A DNA stretch of 63,088 nt, the filler included, from Nemertoderma westbladi (lineage: Eukaryota > Animalia > Xenacoelomorpha), in assembly GCA_032718475.1 (NCBI GenBank). It is 4 parts of 4 records of this genome, joined end to end, with 100 filler letters (N's around TTAATTAATTAA, not from the genome) between each part and the next. Parts side by side here need not be neighbours in the genome. Positions count along the whole stretch, not along the records: positions 39,964 to 54,530 come from JAUCBJ010004418.1; positions 54,631 to 63,088 come from JAUCBJ010002443.1; 2 more parts are not named here. One strand, given 5' to 3'. How positions within the stretch are numbered: position 1 is the stretch's first letter; each line of letters opens with the position of its first letter. The translations under genes were made by a program, and so were the position numbers. This document shows, piece after piece, positions 47,461-59,343 of the stretch. The notes under the pieces are model-generated. The model saw nothing but the letters and a program-made list of their open reading frames with translations. It had not been told where the DNA came from and ran no database searches.

Positions 47461-48409
47461 GGTGTTCTAATAATTATTTAGGTTATATTATTTATATTAT
47501 ATAGAACAACTTTTATATTCTTTCTGGTGTTGGATAAGTTTATATTATATCAATTATTGCAAATTATTTAGATTTAAAGACAAATTTATCTCAAAGAAAG
47601 AACAAAAATATATTCTCGCTTTGTTTTTTACCTGTATTTACTTGGTTTCGATATCTTCTCACTCATGGCCCGTTGCAGCAACGGACTCCTATTACTGGCT
47701 TTGGTATTGATCCCGAATACAACCCGTGGACCTGGTCGAGGTGACGCAGGAGTGCGTCGAGGTGACAGAGTATTACTGGATGATGGAGAAGCTCGGCGGG
47801 ACTCTGGGCTAGAGCATGACGATCGTTTGCCACTCGTTGATGATGGCGGACATAGGTAGTTGGGGTCGTATGACGATTTATCATTAAATGTCTGTAAAAT
47901 AATAACGTATCATAATATATTGGTCACTACATTTATGATATTTTCTAAGCAATTAACCAATTTTTCGGTTCTGCTCTTACATGCTTTGACATAACATGGC
48001 CCATGTAGATTGATTTTCATAATTCTAAACGTTTTACTTGCCAAATAATAATTTTAAAAATAAATTTATAATATTGGTTTAATTTCAGCAATGATTATGT
48101 AGGCCAATTTATTTCGGTTTCTTATCAAAACTACCGGTACTGACAGACATACTGTATGATTTTTGACCTAACTTGAGAATCTTTCGAAACCTTTGACAGA
48201 CATGTTTACCAAGTTTGGTTTAATTGCATCTATGATTAACCAACTTAATTTAGTTTTTATTATAAGTCTGAAACTACTGGTACCGACTAACAGACTGTCT
48301 GATTTTTGATCAAACTTAATATTCTTTCTAAACCTAAACCTTTGATGAACTACATACATACCAAGTTTGGTTTACTGCTAACCTACTGCCAACTTACTAC
48401 CTCTAGGTC

Positions 48410-48985
48410 GAACTAGTCGAACAGTGGAAATGAGATCCTTCCAGGCTTACCAATTCTCCATAGATGTCACAATTTCGTTTCTCTCAAGTTCAGTATCCCT
48501 TTCAAGCTGGTCTATACATGTTATAGCCGGTCACCCACGGGTACGCTTTCCATGTGTTGATTGCCAGAAAAGTAGATCTGGTATGACCTCGTCTTTACTT
48601 CTCCAGCAGTGCCCACTGAATCTTAATCTGCATTCATGGAGGGTGGTTGATACAGGTGGTATAGTACCATAGAGCTCAGCGTTTGTCATATGTTGTCTCC
48701 AGCTGATGTTTAGGGATGCCCTTAGTAGTCTTGTGTAGCAACCATCAATTTGGTGTTCAGGAGATTTCGTCAGTGTTCAGGTCTCACCCTCATATAAAAG
48801 TACACTTGCTACTGTGGCTCGAAAGAACTTAGTCTTCAGGTGCCTGGAGAGATCTGATTTCCAGATGGTATCCGTTTTTGATAGAGCTACCCATGCCTTT
48901 GATTTCCTAACTTATATGTCCTTTTGCTACTCTCTATCCATGAACCAAGGTACTGGAAGTTGTCAAGCCTGGCTATTAGTCTTCT
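48410..48985 (-). pseudogene. RTE-clade LINE 3' fragment
   Basis: Minus-strand pieces YLGSW, KFFRATVASVLLYEGE, IDGCYTRLLRASLNISWRQHMTNAELYG, RLRFSGHCWR. Confidence 0.8.
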
Positions 48986-49269
48986 GTGGTGGTCGTCTCA
49001 CACTATAATTTGTTTTTAATATTGGTTAAATTTTGTTGGTTAATGGTGTTAATATTTGTTAAAATTTATATATGTAACCAGCAGAAAGGAAATAAATATC
49101 AATCTATATCATATATTTTCCTTGTTGTTGAGATTTTTTCATTTCCCAACACGTTCTTCAGGACTATCAGCTTTGAGGTGCCCCTTTTCGTTATTAACGA
49201 TCAAAAATTAGACGATGACAGAAGATGACTGACAACTCCTTAATACCCTTATGGTAAGGCATGCCCCAC

Positions 49270-49460
49270 AACCTGAAACAAGCACGAAACAACCTGACAC
49301 TGCACGAAACAACCTAAAATAACCTGAAGCAAGCATGAAACAACCTGAAACAAGCACGAAACAACCTGAAATAACCTAAAACAAGCACAAAACAATCTGA
49401 AACAACCCAAAACATCCTGAAACAAGCCCCAAACAACCAGAAATAACTTAAAAACAAGCA
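49270..49460. repeat. ~11/22-bp tandem repeat (aacctgaaacaagcacgaaac)
   Basis: Directly visible. Confidence 0.85.
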
Positions 49461-52329
49461 TGAATGTAGATTCTCTATGCGTACATAGGTCATAGGTCCA
49501 AACTTATATCCCAAACACGAACTTAGATATTAGTTATTGAGAGAATCAGAATATCCATAGGAAGAAAGCAAACCTATTGGAACAATAGGTTTGTTATGTT
49601 CGCAATGTGTGGACTTTGGAATGTTGTGTTGTGTTGTACATGTTGGAACCAAGGTCTACTAGAAGGCAGTACTAAAATAGTATAATAGTATAGTAAGATA
49701 GTACAATAAAACTATTTTTCAAATTAAATTATGATTCTACTGGGCTTATAATTATGGGTATGCTTATTTTTATACTTTACTTTAACTTTTAGGTTTTAAT
49801 TAAGTAAAAAGTCGTTTTTAAAATTCGTATATGGGCGTGTTAATAACTGTCATAATAGGCTTATTATAATCCTCTTTTCAAAATTTAATCTAATTTTAGC
49901 CTTACTCTATTAAACAATTGATCACTGTCCTATTACACTTGCACTAGATTTACACAGGTACATTTTGCGGATAATATCCATATCCCATATTGCTAATTAA
50001 CTTGATAGAGAGAAAGATGAATAATACATTATATAAGCTTCTGGGCTACTATATGTAAGGTTGTACTTATCTGTCCTTCCATGGTTGATGAATGCCAAAT
50101 AATAAGCTTGCTTATTCTGAAACCTACACCTTCAACTGAACCCAACCAGGAAGAGAGTATATGCAGCATGCATATTTGATAGCAAGTAACACATTCTATA
50201 GTCAGCTTTAACCTATAATTTATGTCTCCATGTCCTTAGCTATTAGCAATGTATGTTTAAGCTAGAGCTCATCGTTATTCACTATGTAGAATATATATTG
50301 TAGAGGCGTTGCCTTATATGGCGCACTATGGGCATTCAAATTTATTACAGTGAAAGGATGTGTCAATGAGAGCAATGCAGACTGCACAATGCACAATGCA
50401 CACACACATGTAATAAGGTGGACATGTTTTCTTCTTCTAATGAGGTAACCATTATTTTTTTTACAATGTTATGTTACAATGGCCAGATTTTCTTCGATTG
50501 ACACCAAATAATGTGATTAGCAAAATAAAGAGACTTTGAACATAGTAACACAAGGCTGAGATTGACATTCTTGAAACTCTGCTCAAAACTCTGGCATGGC
50601 CTTCATGGCTGTTTCCCAGCTCCCACCCATGCATGCATGCATGCATGCTTTAAGACCATTGAGGCTACATAATCGCCGATGAGAAACTGCTGCAATAAAA
50701 TCAATGATGATTCCACAAAATTTGTCCCTACAGATGGAGAAGATGCATACCCATTTAAGTGTCATGGGTTGTCTTTCAAAGTGACATGCTTTTAATTTTC
50801 CCCTTCATTATTCTGTTTCAGTATTCACTATTTACTGTGTATATCTCTTGACCAGCATAATATAGAAGTGTGGCCAGTGAAAGCCAGTGGAAGTATAATG
50901 ATCTGAATTTAAAACGTCAGATATACATTGGAGGTTACCCAAACATTACACAGCACTATCAGCAGTCTGGGACAGGCAGCACCTAAAATGTCGTTTTATT
51001 TGTGAATGCTACAAAGACCAAAATTCGGACTTTAAACATAGATACCCCCAAGAAGGTTATTCAGTGTGTTGAGTCATTGGATGGACTGTGTCTGTCAAGG
51101 TCAAGTTGAAGACTTCCGCTACCCACTCTTGCATTCGCATATCTGTGGTTATGTGAACTTTGTTCAAATGAGAGTAGTTCAACTACAAACTTTGTTCCAA
51201 TGGTTGCAATCCTTGTTCCAATAGATGCGAACTTTGTTCAAATAGCTACAAACTTTGTTCCAAAAGATGCAAACTTTGTTCCAATAAACTAAAATGCTAT
51301 TTAAAAATTACCTTTGATATTTCAACTACATAATAATGTATGTAAACCGATAAACTGATTACGATGGAATACATACTATTGAGTATTTATTGTGGTAGAG
51401 GTGTTATCATAAAGTTTTTGGCCGTCAGAATGCATTTGGTACTTTTAGAAAAGACAAGGAACACGTATGTGCTAATTGGCCAGTTAAACAGACTGACAGA
51501 AATAACCTGGGGCAATATACCTGCAGTGTATAGGTCATAGGTGGTCACCATTGTTTCTTCTTAAATAATATAGATGTCATCATGGTCTAGCAATTTACAA
51601 ATCAAATTTATCGAAGTACTTTCAGACTTCACCTGTGTGATAAGGTAAGCTAACTTGATAAGTATACTAATTTGGATTAGGATTACTAAGGATTAGTATA
51701 CTAATTATCTTTAATGAGCAACCGACACATTGTAGTCTCTACACCATACGTCTCGCCTCACACTATAGGCCTAATCTAATACGTTATGGACTACAACAAT
51801 GAAAGAAATAGTTGGTATATATTCGATTCATAATCGTAATATCTTGTTATTATGCTGGTATTCTTATGTTAGTCATTAAAAACCTAAGGGGATGCGGTTC
51901 ATTGGAACAAAGTTCGCATCCAATTGGAAGAAAGTTCTCAACTATGCCCAATATACCACTTGCCCAATAAAAAGCAGATGAGTCATATGCCCAATAAAAA
52001 TTTTAATTTAAAACTAAAAATGGGTCACTTTCCCAATAAGTCACTTGCCCAATAAGTTACTGAAATCATTCTACAAAATTAATTAAGGCGTTCTCTCCAA
52101 AACACATCATTAAATGCCACATCAAGATATGAATGTTCCAGTAATTGAATCCCATGTTTAGGATTTTGTAGACATCACAAGCCCCCATTCTACAATCTTA
52201 ATCTCCATATTTTCGAACAATGAAGACATGTTATCGCGGTTCCCTTTCAACATTATACCAGTGCTTTGGACGGTATGGCAAAGGTTCGCTATTTAAGGAG
52301 CTACTATAATAATTTATTTAGTATTGATC

Positions 52330-54095
52330 AGGCAACTTTTTCCTGCTCTTTATAGTTTAAAAATAGCTGTATTTGAAACCAGGTTTAATAATGGTCCTCT
52401 CGATGGAGATGGAGATTGATTGATGGAGATTAGAAATACATACGTCTCGGAATATAGCAAAGCCACCGCTGGCTAGCTCATCCGCCGCAGAGCGACGTAG
52501 CTCTCGCTGAGACAGTGATTTTACACAGAACTGACTGTCAATGTTGGCGAAGGTGGTTAAGAAATGCCAAAAGCATTCGAAGTTCAGGAATTAACCAAAT
52601 TCGTCGAGTTTGGCGAGTTGGGTTCCGAAGAACTTTAATACAGTTGTTGCAATTTTGGAAAAATATTTCCAATAGGTCTGGTGACCAACTGTAACTGCTC
52701 TATCACCTGAACACACCCCCCCCCCCCCCCCCCCCCCCCCCCGCTCCCCATCATGTCCAATTGCCATTCTACCTGTGCCTTTTGTTTTTCTTTTGTTATT
52801 TCATCAGAACCCCATTTTTGTTGCACCTTGTGTGAATTAACTTTTCATCTGCCTTGTGGCTCACACCTAACACAATCCGAATTTACAAACCAAAATTACG
52901 CGACACACCTATGCATTTTCTGCCAACACCAGACGTTTCCGTTTTCCACAGTTTTAAACGATGACGAAGATATTTTTACCGGTAACTGTTTTAATCAGTC
53001 AAATAAAGCTCCATCTGATTCGGAATCTCATCACCTTAATCAGATCTTCACCAATATAGACCCGGATCAAATAACAAATATATCCTTTGACAAAGGTTCA
53101 TACATTCCCCACATTATTCAAACCGATTTTGCGGACTCAAAAAAGCAATCCTTTTCAGTTTTCCACCTAAATTGTTTTAGCTTATCTTTTAATTTTGACA
53201 CAATAAATCTCTTTTTAAAAAGTTTAAACTACAAATTTGAAGTTCTGACTAAACGAATTCTAGACGTGGAGGAACTGCCATTTATGTTAGTGAATCTCTA
53301 GAGGTGTCTGAATGAGCAGAGTTCCAAATCCCGGGTCTCGAAAATTCATGGATAAAAATATTGTTATTGGCACCATCTACCGCACAGACTCCATCACACC
53401 CACCAACTACATCACTCTACTGGACTCTACTTTAACCAGACTAACAGAAAAGAACCTAAACACCATTATTACGGGAGATATCAACATTGACATACTGAAA
53501 ACGAACAACAACCAAATACAGAAAAGTTATATAAACCTTCTTAACTCTTACGGGTACATACAGCTTATAAACCATGCTACTCGTATTGACCCAAAACGTA
53601 ACTCAGAAACACTAATAGACCACATAATTACTAATATTACAACCTCAGTTTCCAATGCGTGTACTTTTAGCTGTAAAATAGATGGAGATTAGAAATACAT
53701 ACGTCTCGGAATATAGCAAAGCCACCGCTGGCTAGCTCATCCGCCGCAGAGCGACGTAGCTCTCGCTGAGACAGTGATTTTACACAGAACTGACTGTCAA
53801 TGTTGGCGAAGGTGGTTAAGAAATGCCAAAAGCATTCGAAGTTCAGGAATTAACCAAATTCATCGAGTTGGGCGAGTTGGGTTCCGAAGAACTTTAATAC
53901 AGTTGTTGCAATTTTGGAAAAATATTTCCAATAGGTCTGGCTGTTGGCACTCATTGGTTTTTATCGATAATTATTGGAAATTTAGTGTAGGAGGATGTTG
54001 GGAGCTGAATGAAGCAGTTGGAGGAATTGAAGGAGAATACCATAAAATCTGTTGGTGGCCATTAGAATCACTATTGATTATAATGAATCCCTGCT
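52330..54095 (-). pseudogene. Copy C: divergent, decayed homologue of the zinc-knuckle-protein N-terminal domain, split by an insertion and a 260-bp duplication
   Basis: Manual translation of ~52422-52635 (and ~53681-53894): FFGTQLAKLDEFG*FLNFECFWHFLTTFANIDSQFCVKSLSQRELRRSAADELASGGFAIFRDVCISNLH versus copy A ILGTKLAKLDEHNKFIRFECFRRFLTPFRNVDSQFKDRALTKLSLRDSAAEKLNSAGFALFQDVCIQNLH. Confidence 0.85.
52682..53680 (+). pseudogene. CR1-group LINE fragment (PHD-like Cys cluster + APE endonuclease), flanked by 260-bp direct repeats
   Basis: C..C...C..C...FH..C...C..C....PF; VFHLNCFSL; IVIGTIYR; IITGDINID; ATRI...ETLIDHIITN; repeats 52422-52681 and 53681-53940. Confidence 0.85.
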
Positions 54096-54530
54096 GAGAT
54101 AGCCGTCACCATCACATCATTATTGCCCATCATAATTTTTGTTACACGTTACACGTTTATCAATAAGAAAAAATACAAAAAAATCCAAATAATTAGGGGA
54201 TTTTATGGTGCTAACTGTAAGTCATACTTAACAAATAGCTCAAACTCTCACGAGTAACTACTACCCCACAGGCTACTTACTACCCAATATGTGAACTAAA
54301 ACTAATATCCTGAGCAGTAGCACTCACTGCGTTGGAGTTGTTACATCCTGAGAGTACTTGAGTGAGAGTATGGAACTAGATATTCAAGGTGATTGAATTA
54401 TGGACTTTTTCTATAATAGATTTTTGCCTAACAAAACAGACAGACAAGTGGGAGTACCGAACCTCGGTCCGTGTGAGTGGTACCCTACTCTATCCTGCTA
54501 CCAGCTACCTGCCGTCATGATGTCTCCGGT

Positions 54531-54630
54531 NNNNNNNNNNNNNNNNNNNNNNNNNNNNNNNNNNNNNNNNNNNNTTAATTAATTAANNNNNNNNNNNNNN
54601 NNNNNNNNNNNNNNNNNNNNNNNNNNNNNN
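54531..54630. other. Assembly gap with synthetic linker
   Basis: N run + TTAATTAATTAA. Confidence 0.97.
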
Positions 54631-55960
54631 ACTATAATAATATAATAATAATGTAGTACGTAACTCAAATTAGCAATAAGTAGTGAAATGTTGTTCAGCT
54701 GACAAAGTGTAGCTGTGGGTATTTAATTTCGCGTTCCATAATGTTGATAATATGCTAATATTTCGAATTTCGCACATCGAATCATTCCCAACTTTTTTAT
54801 TCAACAACTAGATACTAATTGTTAAATAGTCGCGTTAAAAATTGTTGCGTACCTGCTTGAGTTTTTGAGATATTGGATGGTTATACACACATACACACAT
54901 AACCAGATAACCACATCGTGTTTTTGAACGGCTCAACTCTTGACAAGAACTACCCAGTCTAAAGACAGGTTCGTTATAACCAGAGAATGAAATAAAGGGA
55001 TTTTACAATAACTCAACATTGTAAACACAGCTGGTGTATGGCAACTGCGGGCGCCTTCCTGTTGTGGTCTATTAGGCTTCCTTTTCTTTTGCTATCTAAT
55101 TTACTACTTAATGAGGTCATGTTTACAGCCCACTGGTAGAGTCCCTTATCATATCCCTTATCACATTACTTAACTTAGGTAACTGGCCTGGGGATATTTG
55201 GGTTGGTTGTGTTATTATTGAGCTGTGTTATTATTTACTGGGCTAAAAACCCGTCAGCAGTAGCATTTCATTCTTTAATCTTTGATCTGAAATAAACTCT
55301 TGGTTTGATCCGTTTGTTCCTATACTAATATTTCTTAATATTAACTCATGGGAATTCAAGAATTCAAGTAGTCAGGAGCGGCGGCTCCTGACTACTTGAA
55401 TTCCCACCTTCCTGAATCCCCCTTCAATTAATTTCAATAATATCAACTGTTTAATGAGTGAAGTTTCTTCCCAGTTCCCTCGTAGCTAGGTACGTGATAC
55501 ATTTGTTTTTTACATTTATACATTTTATATATTATTATAGCTCATATACACATATACATTTTACATATATATGACAAATAATGGCGTCATTTAACCATTG
55601 TGTGCAACTGAAAACGTTTTGAAATATATTTATAAAGAATAGTTAATTATCTAACGTTTTGAAATATATTTATAAAGAATAGTTAATTATCTGATCACAC
55701 ACAAACAATTATGGAACGATATTAATGATACAGCAGTAATAGAGCAATGCCCTGCCCAATCAAGAAGAAAGAATCATCTTCTGAAAAGTTCGGCATTCCT
55801 GATTTGAATTGAAGATCTCTGTTGGTCACTCTTGAGGGTTCTTGGTCTCTTTGAGAAAATTTTCACTTTTCACATTCTTGGAGGTTCTTGGCCAGTAGAA
55901 AACTCTTGGAACGTCTTTAGGCAAGTTGGTAAAATGATATGGAATTTGTAAAAAGTACTG

Positions 55961-56170
55961 TAGTGTCATTTTCTGATGACACGGACCCCCCCCCCCCCCC
56001 CCCCCCCAGATTTTTCTACAAATCTTTATCATATTGCTTAAAATTTGAAACACAACTAATTCCACTCACCGTCGATGACCCATACACACTAGTTGTGTTT
56101 CAAATTTCAAGCAATAAACAGTAGAAAAATCCGGGGGGGGGGGGGTCCGTGTCATCAGAAAATAACACTA
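55961..56170. mobile_element. Short MITE of the poly-C/poly-G TIR family
   Basis: tagtgtcattttctgatgacacggac(C)n ... (G)ngtccgtgtcatcagaaaataacacta. Confidence 0.85.
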
Positions 56171-56229
56171 TATTACAGTACGGTTCATGGTGTACAGTAT
56201 AGCACATATGTACAGACATAGCTCATACT

Positions 56230-59092
56230 GGGTTTTACTTTTCAACGTATGCCGTACGTATCCACGTACAGTATGTGCGTACGTATCCACGTATCTATAC
56301 ATTACATTGAGCGATTTCATATACGCGTATGCATACGCGTAGGCGGATACTGCTTCCTGATTGGTCCAGATGATTATTGTCAAGTCAACAGTGTCTCTGT
56401 TGCTACTGTAGGCCTATTATTACAGTACCGTGGTGTTTTGCTTTACAGCATTAATCTGTCTGGCAGTATATTGCTGCAGTCAGGTAGTATGTTATTAGCA
56501 GGGATGGTTAAAACCTAATTTTTTAAAAAGCAAAATTGGTTTTTTTCTTTAATTAAATAAAACCTTATAAAACCTAATAAAACCTAAATTTTCATACAAA
56601 AATTAAGAATTTTTTCGAGAACCAATGACATAATTATTGCTGTTTTGAAGGTTGTAACACCCACTAAATCGACCGTTGCGGTTTTATTACGCCTATTCTC
56701 AAATCTGTGAAGCAATTGCAAGTATGACTTATTAACTTATAATAATCTCACCAAACTATGGCAAAACTATCGTACACGTGCTGCTACTACAGTTAGCACT
56801 GTATAGCAGTTAGTGAAATACAGTAGGTCTATCCTATACATACTGTAGTTAACATTAAACATAGATTAAACACCTGAGCCATTAAGTGGGGCCTTTGCGC
56901 AGCTCATCATTGAGAAAATTTGTTACAGTGTTAAGTTTAAGTACCACTCGAAAGGATGATAAACTGATAAACAAAATAGGATAAATTTGCCGGCCTTTGC
57001 CCCACCCCACTCCTGCAGCTGCACTTACTAGTCAGCTAGTGGACTAGATTTCGCCTCCGACAGTCCGAGCACCTATTGCACCTAGTGGTAGTGGTAGACT
57101 GGAGAACTACATTAACTGCAGACATTATCAAGCACTCAAACCACCACAAAGGTTAAGCTACTATAGCTGTACAGTACAACTATGCACTACAGCACTAAAA
57201 AGGGCACAGTAGTCGTACAGTAGTCTACTGTCTACCTACACTAACTAACTAAAGATATAATGTCTAATCGGACTGTCTTTGAAGGTCTACCAGTCACTGG
57301 TCGCAACTCACAAAGGACTATAAACAAACAACGAAATGTGAGCTTTTTTCCTCCATCTGCAATCTGTCCATATGCCTGACGGCTGAACGGATTGCACTCT
57401 GGAATAAAACCCACTAAAACCTAATGAAACCTAATACTTTTTACACTAGGTTTTATTATTAAAACCTAATAATAAAACCTAATATTAAAACCTAATTGCC
57501 ATCCCTGTATGTTGGTGTCAGTCGGATATACAAAGGAATATTATTAACAACGCACTTAGAATACTACAGTATATAAATGAGTAATTATTTGCCCATAACG
57601 CAAACCACGGAAAAATAATACTACAGTATAAAGAATATATAACATTGTGTTACCATTATTAAGGGGTACCCTATTGTATTGTATACGGGATACCCCAGTC
57701 GCAGCCGTCGAGTCAGACATCCAATAGAATCAACTCACCTTAAATATACTACAGTAAGTGTCCCCTTGTCTGTGTCACTAATAAACTGCATACGCCCCAT
57801 GTTAAATAAATACATGTTCTGGAAGGAATATTTGTTGGATATTAGTTGGATGACTGCGTGCCAATAAGTACTTTAATAATAAGTACTTTGCAAAAATAGT
57901 TTTCATCAAGAATTGTAACATTACTAAACGGCATATTATGCCTATAAAACCTTTGCTATAAAAAGTGTAATGGTTTTGGTAGAATTTCTCAAGCTTAAAT
58001 TTTTAATATATTAATATTATATTTAAAACGCATGGGACAGTTCTAAAACGTGTTTAAAATCAATAAAAAAAATTGTGAAAAAAAATATAGTGAATAAATT
58101 TTTAAATTTTTTTTATTGATTTTAAACACGTTTTAAAACGATTCCATGCGTTTTAAATAGAATCTAGATTTTTATCTAAAAAATGTTCTAGAACAAAAAA
58201 TATTCGTTCTAGAACGTGATTTTTTCTTAAAATGAATAGCTAACATGTTCTGGAACATTTTCTATACAAATAGTAATAAGAACTAGCTACTACAAAATAT
58301 TTATAGAGGGAAGTAGGATGTCGGAACCAGTGTTGAAATTACTAGGTAAACCTATCTAAAACACCAGCTACCATAAAATTTAGTATCTTGCTTAACGAAG
58401 ACACTTCAATTACGTCCGTTGACCAAATTGCAGCAAATGAAAATTTATAGAACTCCCCCCCCCCCCCCCCCCCCCCATATCTGCATATCAAAATAATGTA
58501 AAAAAAAACTGGCCTCTTTTTTAAGGCCAAATCGACAACGTTAGGCCGTATATATAGTTGTAGACCATGCTTCAACTCTCGATGTTGCCTTACTCAATGT
58601 TAAAATAATTTAGTGTTCTCAAATATTTTATTAGGTAACTAGAGGGCCGCTTAACTACATAAACCAATATAGCATATTGAGTTCTGTTTTGGTGTACGCC
58701 ACGCACTCACGCAGACACTAAAGTTGCACTAACGTTTGAGTGTGTGAATGGATTTTCCTCAAATCCGGCACTGGTGATGTGTTTCCAGTTGTTTCGGCAT
58801 TTTAGCATATTCAACTGTACAGTATGTACCGGTCCCGGTCCCGGTCCCGGTGCCATGCCCTCTCTCGTGCCATGGGCTCTGTGTCGAATCTAAGGCTGAG
58901 GCCTAAGCGTCAGTAACATAACTAACATTTCTCTCCGTATCTCATCTGGACCAATCAGGAAACAGTATTCGACTACGCGTATGCATACGCTATGTGAAAT
59001 CGCTCAATGTAATGTATAGAGATACGTGGATACGTACGCACATACAGTACGGTGATACGTACGCGTACGGCTTATGTTGAAAAGTAAAACCC
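56230..59092. mobile_element. Non-autonomous TIR element (MULE- or Merlin-like), ~145-bp TIRs, just upstream of WDR45B
   Basis: gggttttacttttcaac...cctgattggtccagatga is inverted at 58942-59092; flanking duplication gctcatac(t/c). Confidence 0.85.
56499..57507. mobile_element. Nested hAT-like MITE
   Basis: Termini cagggatgg / ccatccctg with subterminal aaaacctaat repeats; TSD not exact. Confidence 0.6.
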
Positions 59093-59343
59093 GCTCATAC
59101 CAGCATACTGCTGTCCTGTCTGCATGTATGTAGATACAGTTGGATAGTAGATCAAGTCCTACAGGAGTACAGGTACATCAGTACATAGACTACCGGTAAC
59201 TTGCCAAGCGGGTGTCAGTGGTTGGGGTTGGTCAGTTGGTACATTGTACAGACTCACAGACAGGCGAGGCGTACCTCAGAAGTGGCAGCGTTGCATCCGT
59301 TCCTGACTTCCAGCAGTCCAGTTTAAGTTTACATTACTGCATT

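Noticed and set aside
19253-54630. TTAATTAATTAA as a biological motif
   Set aside because: Identical and centred in three 100-nt N gaps, so it is a scaffolding linker; adjacency across gaps is uncertain.
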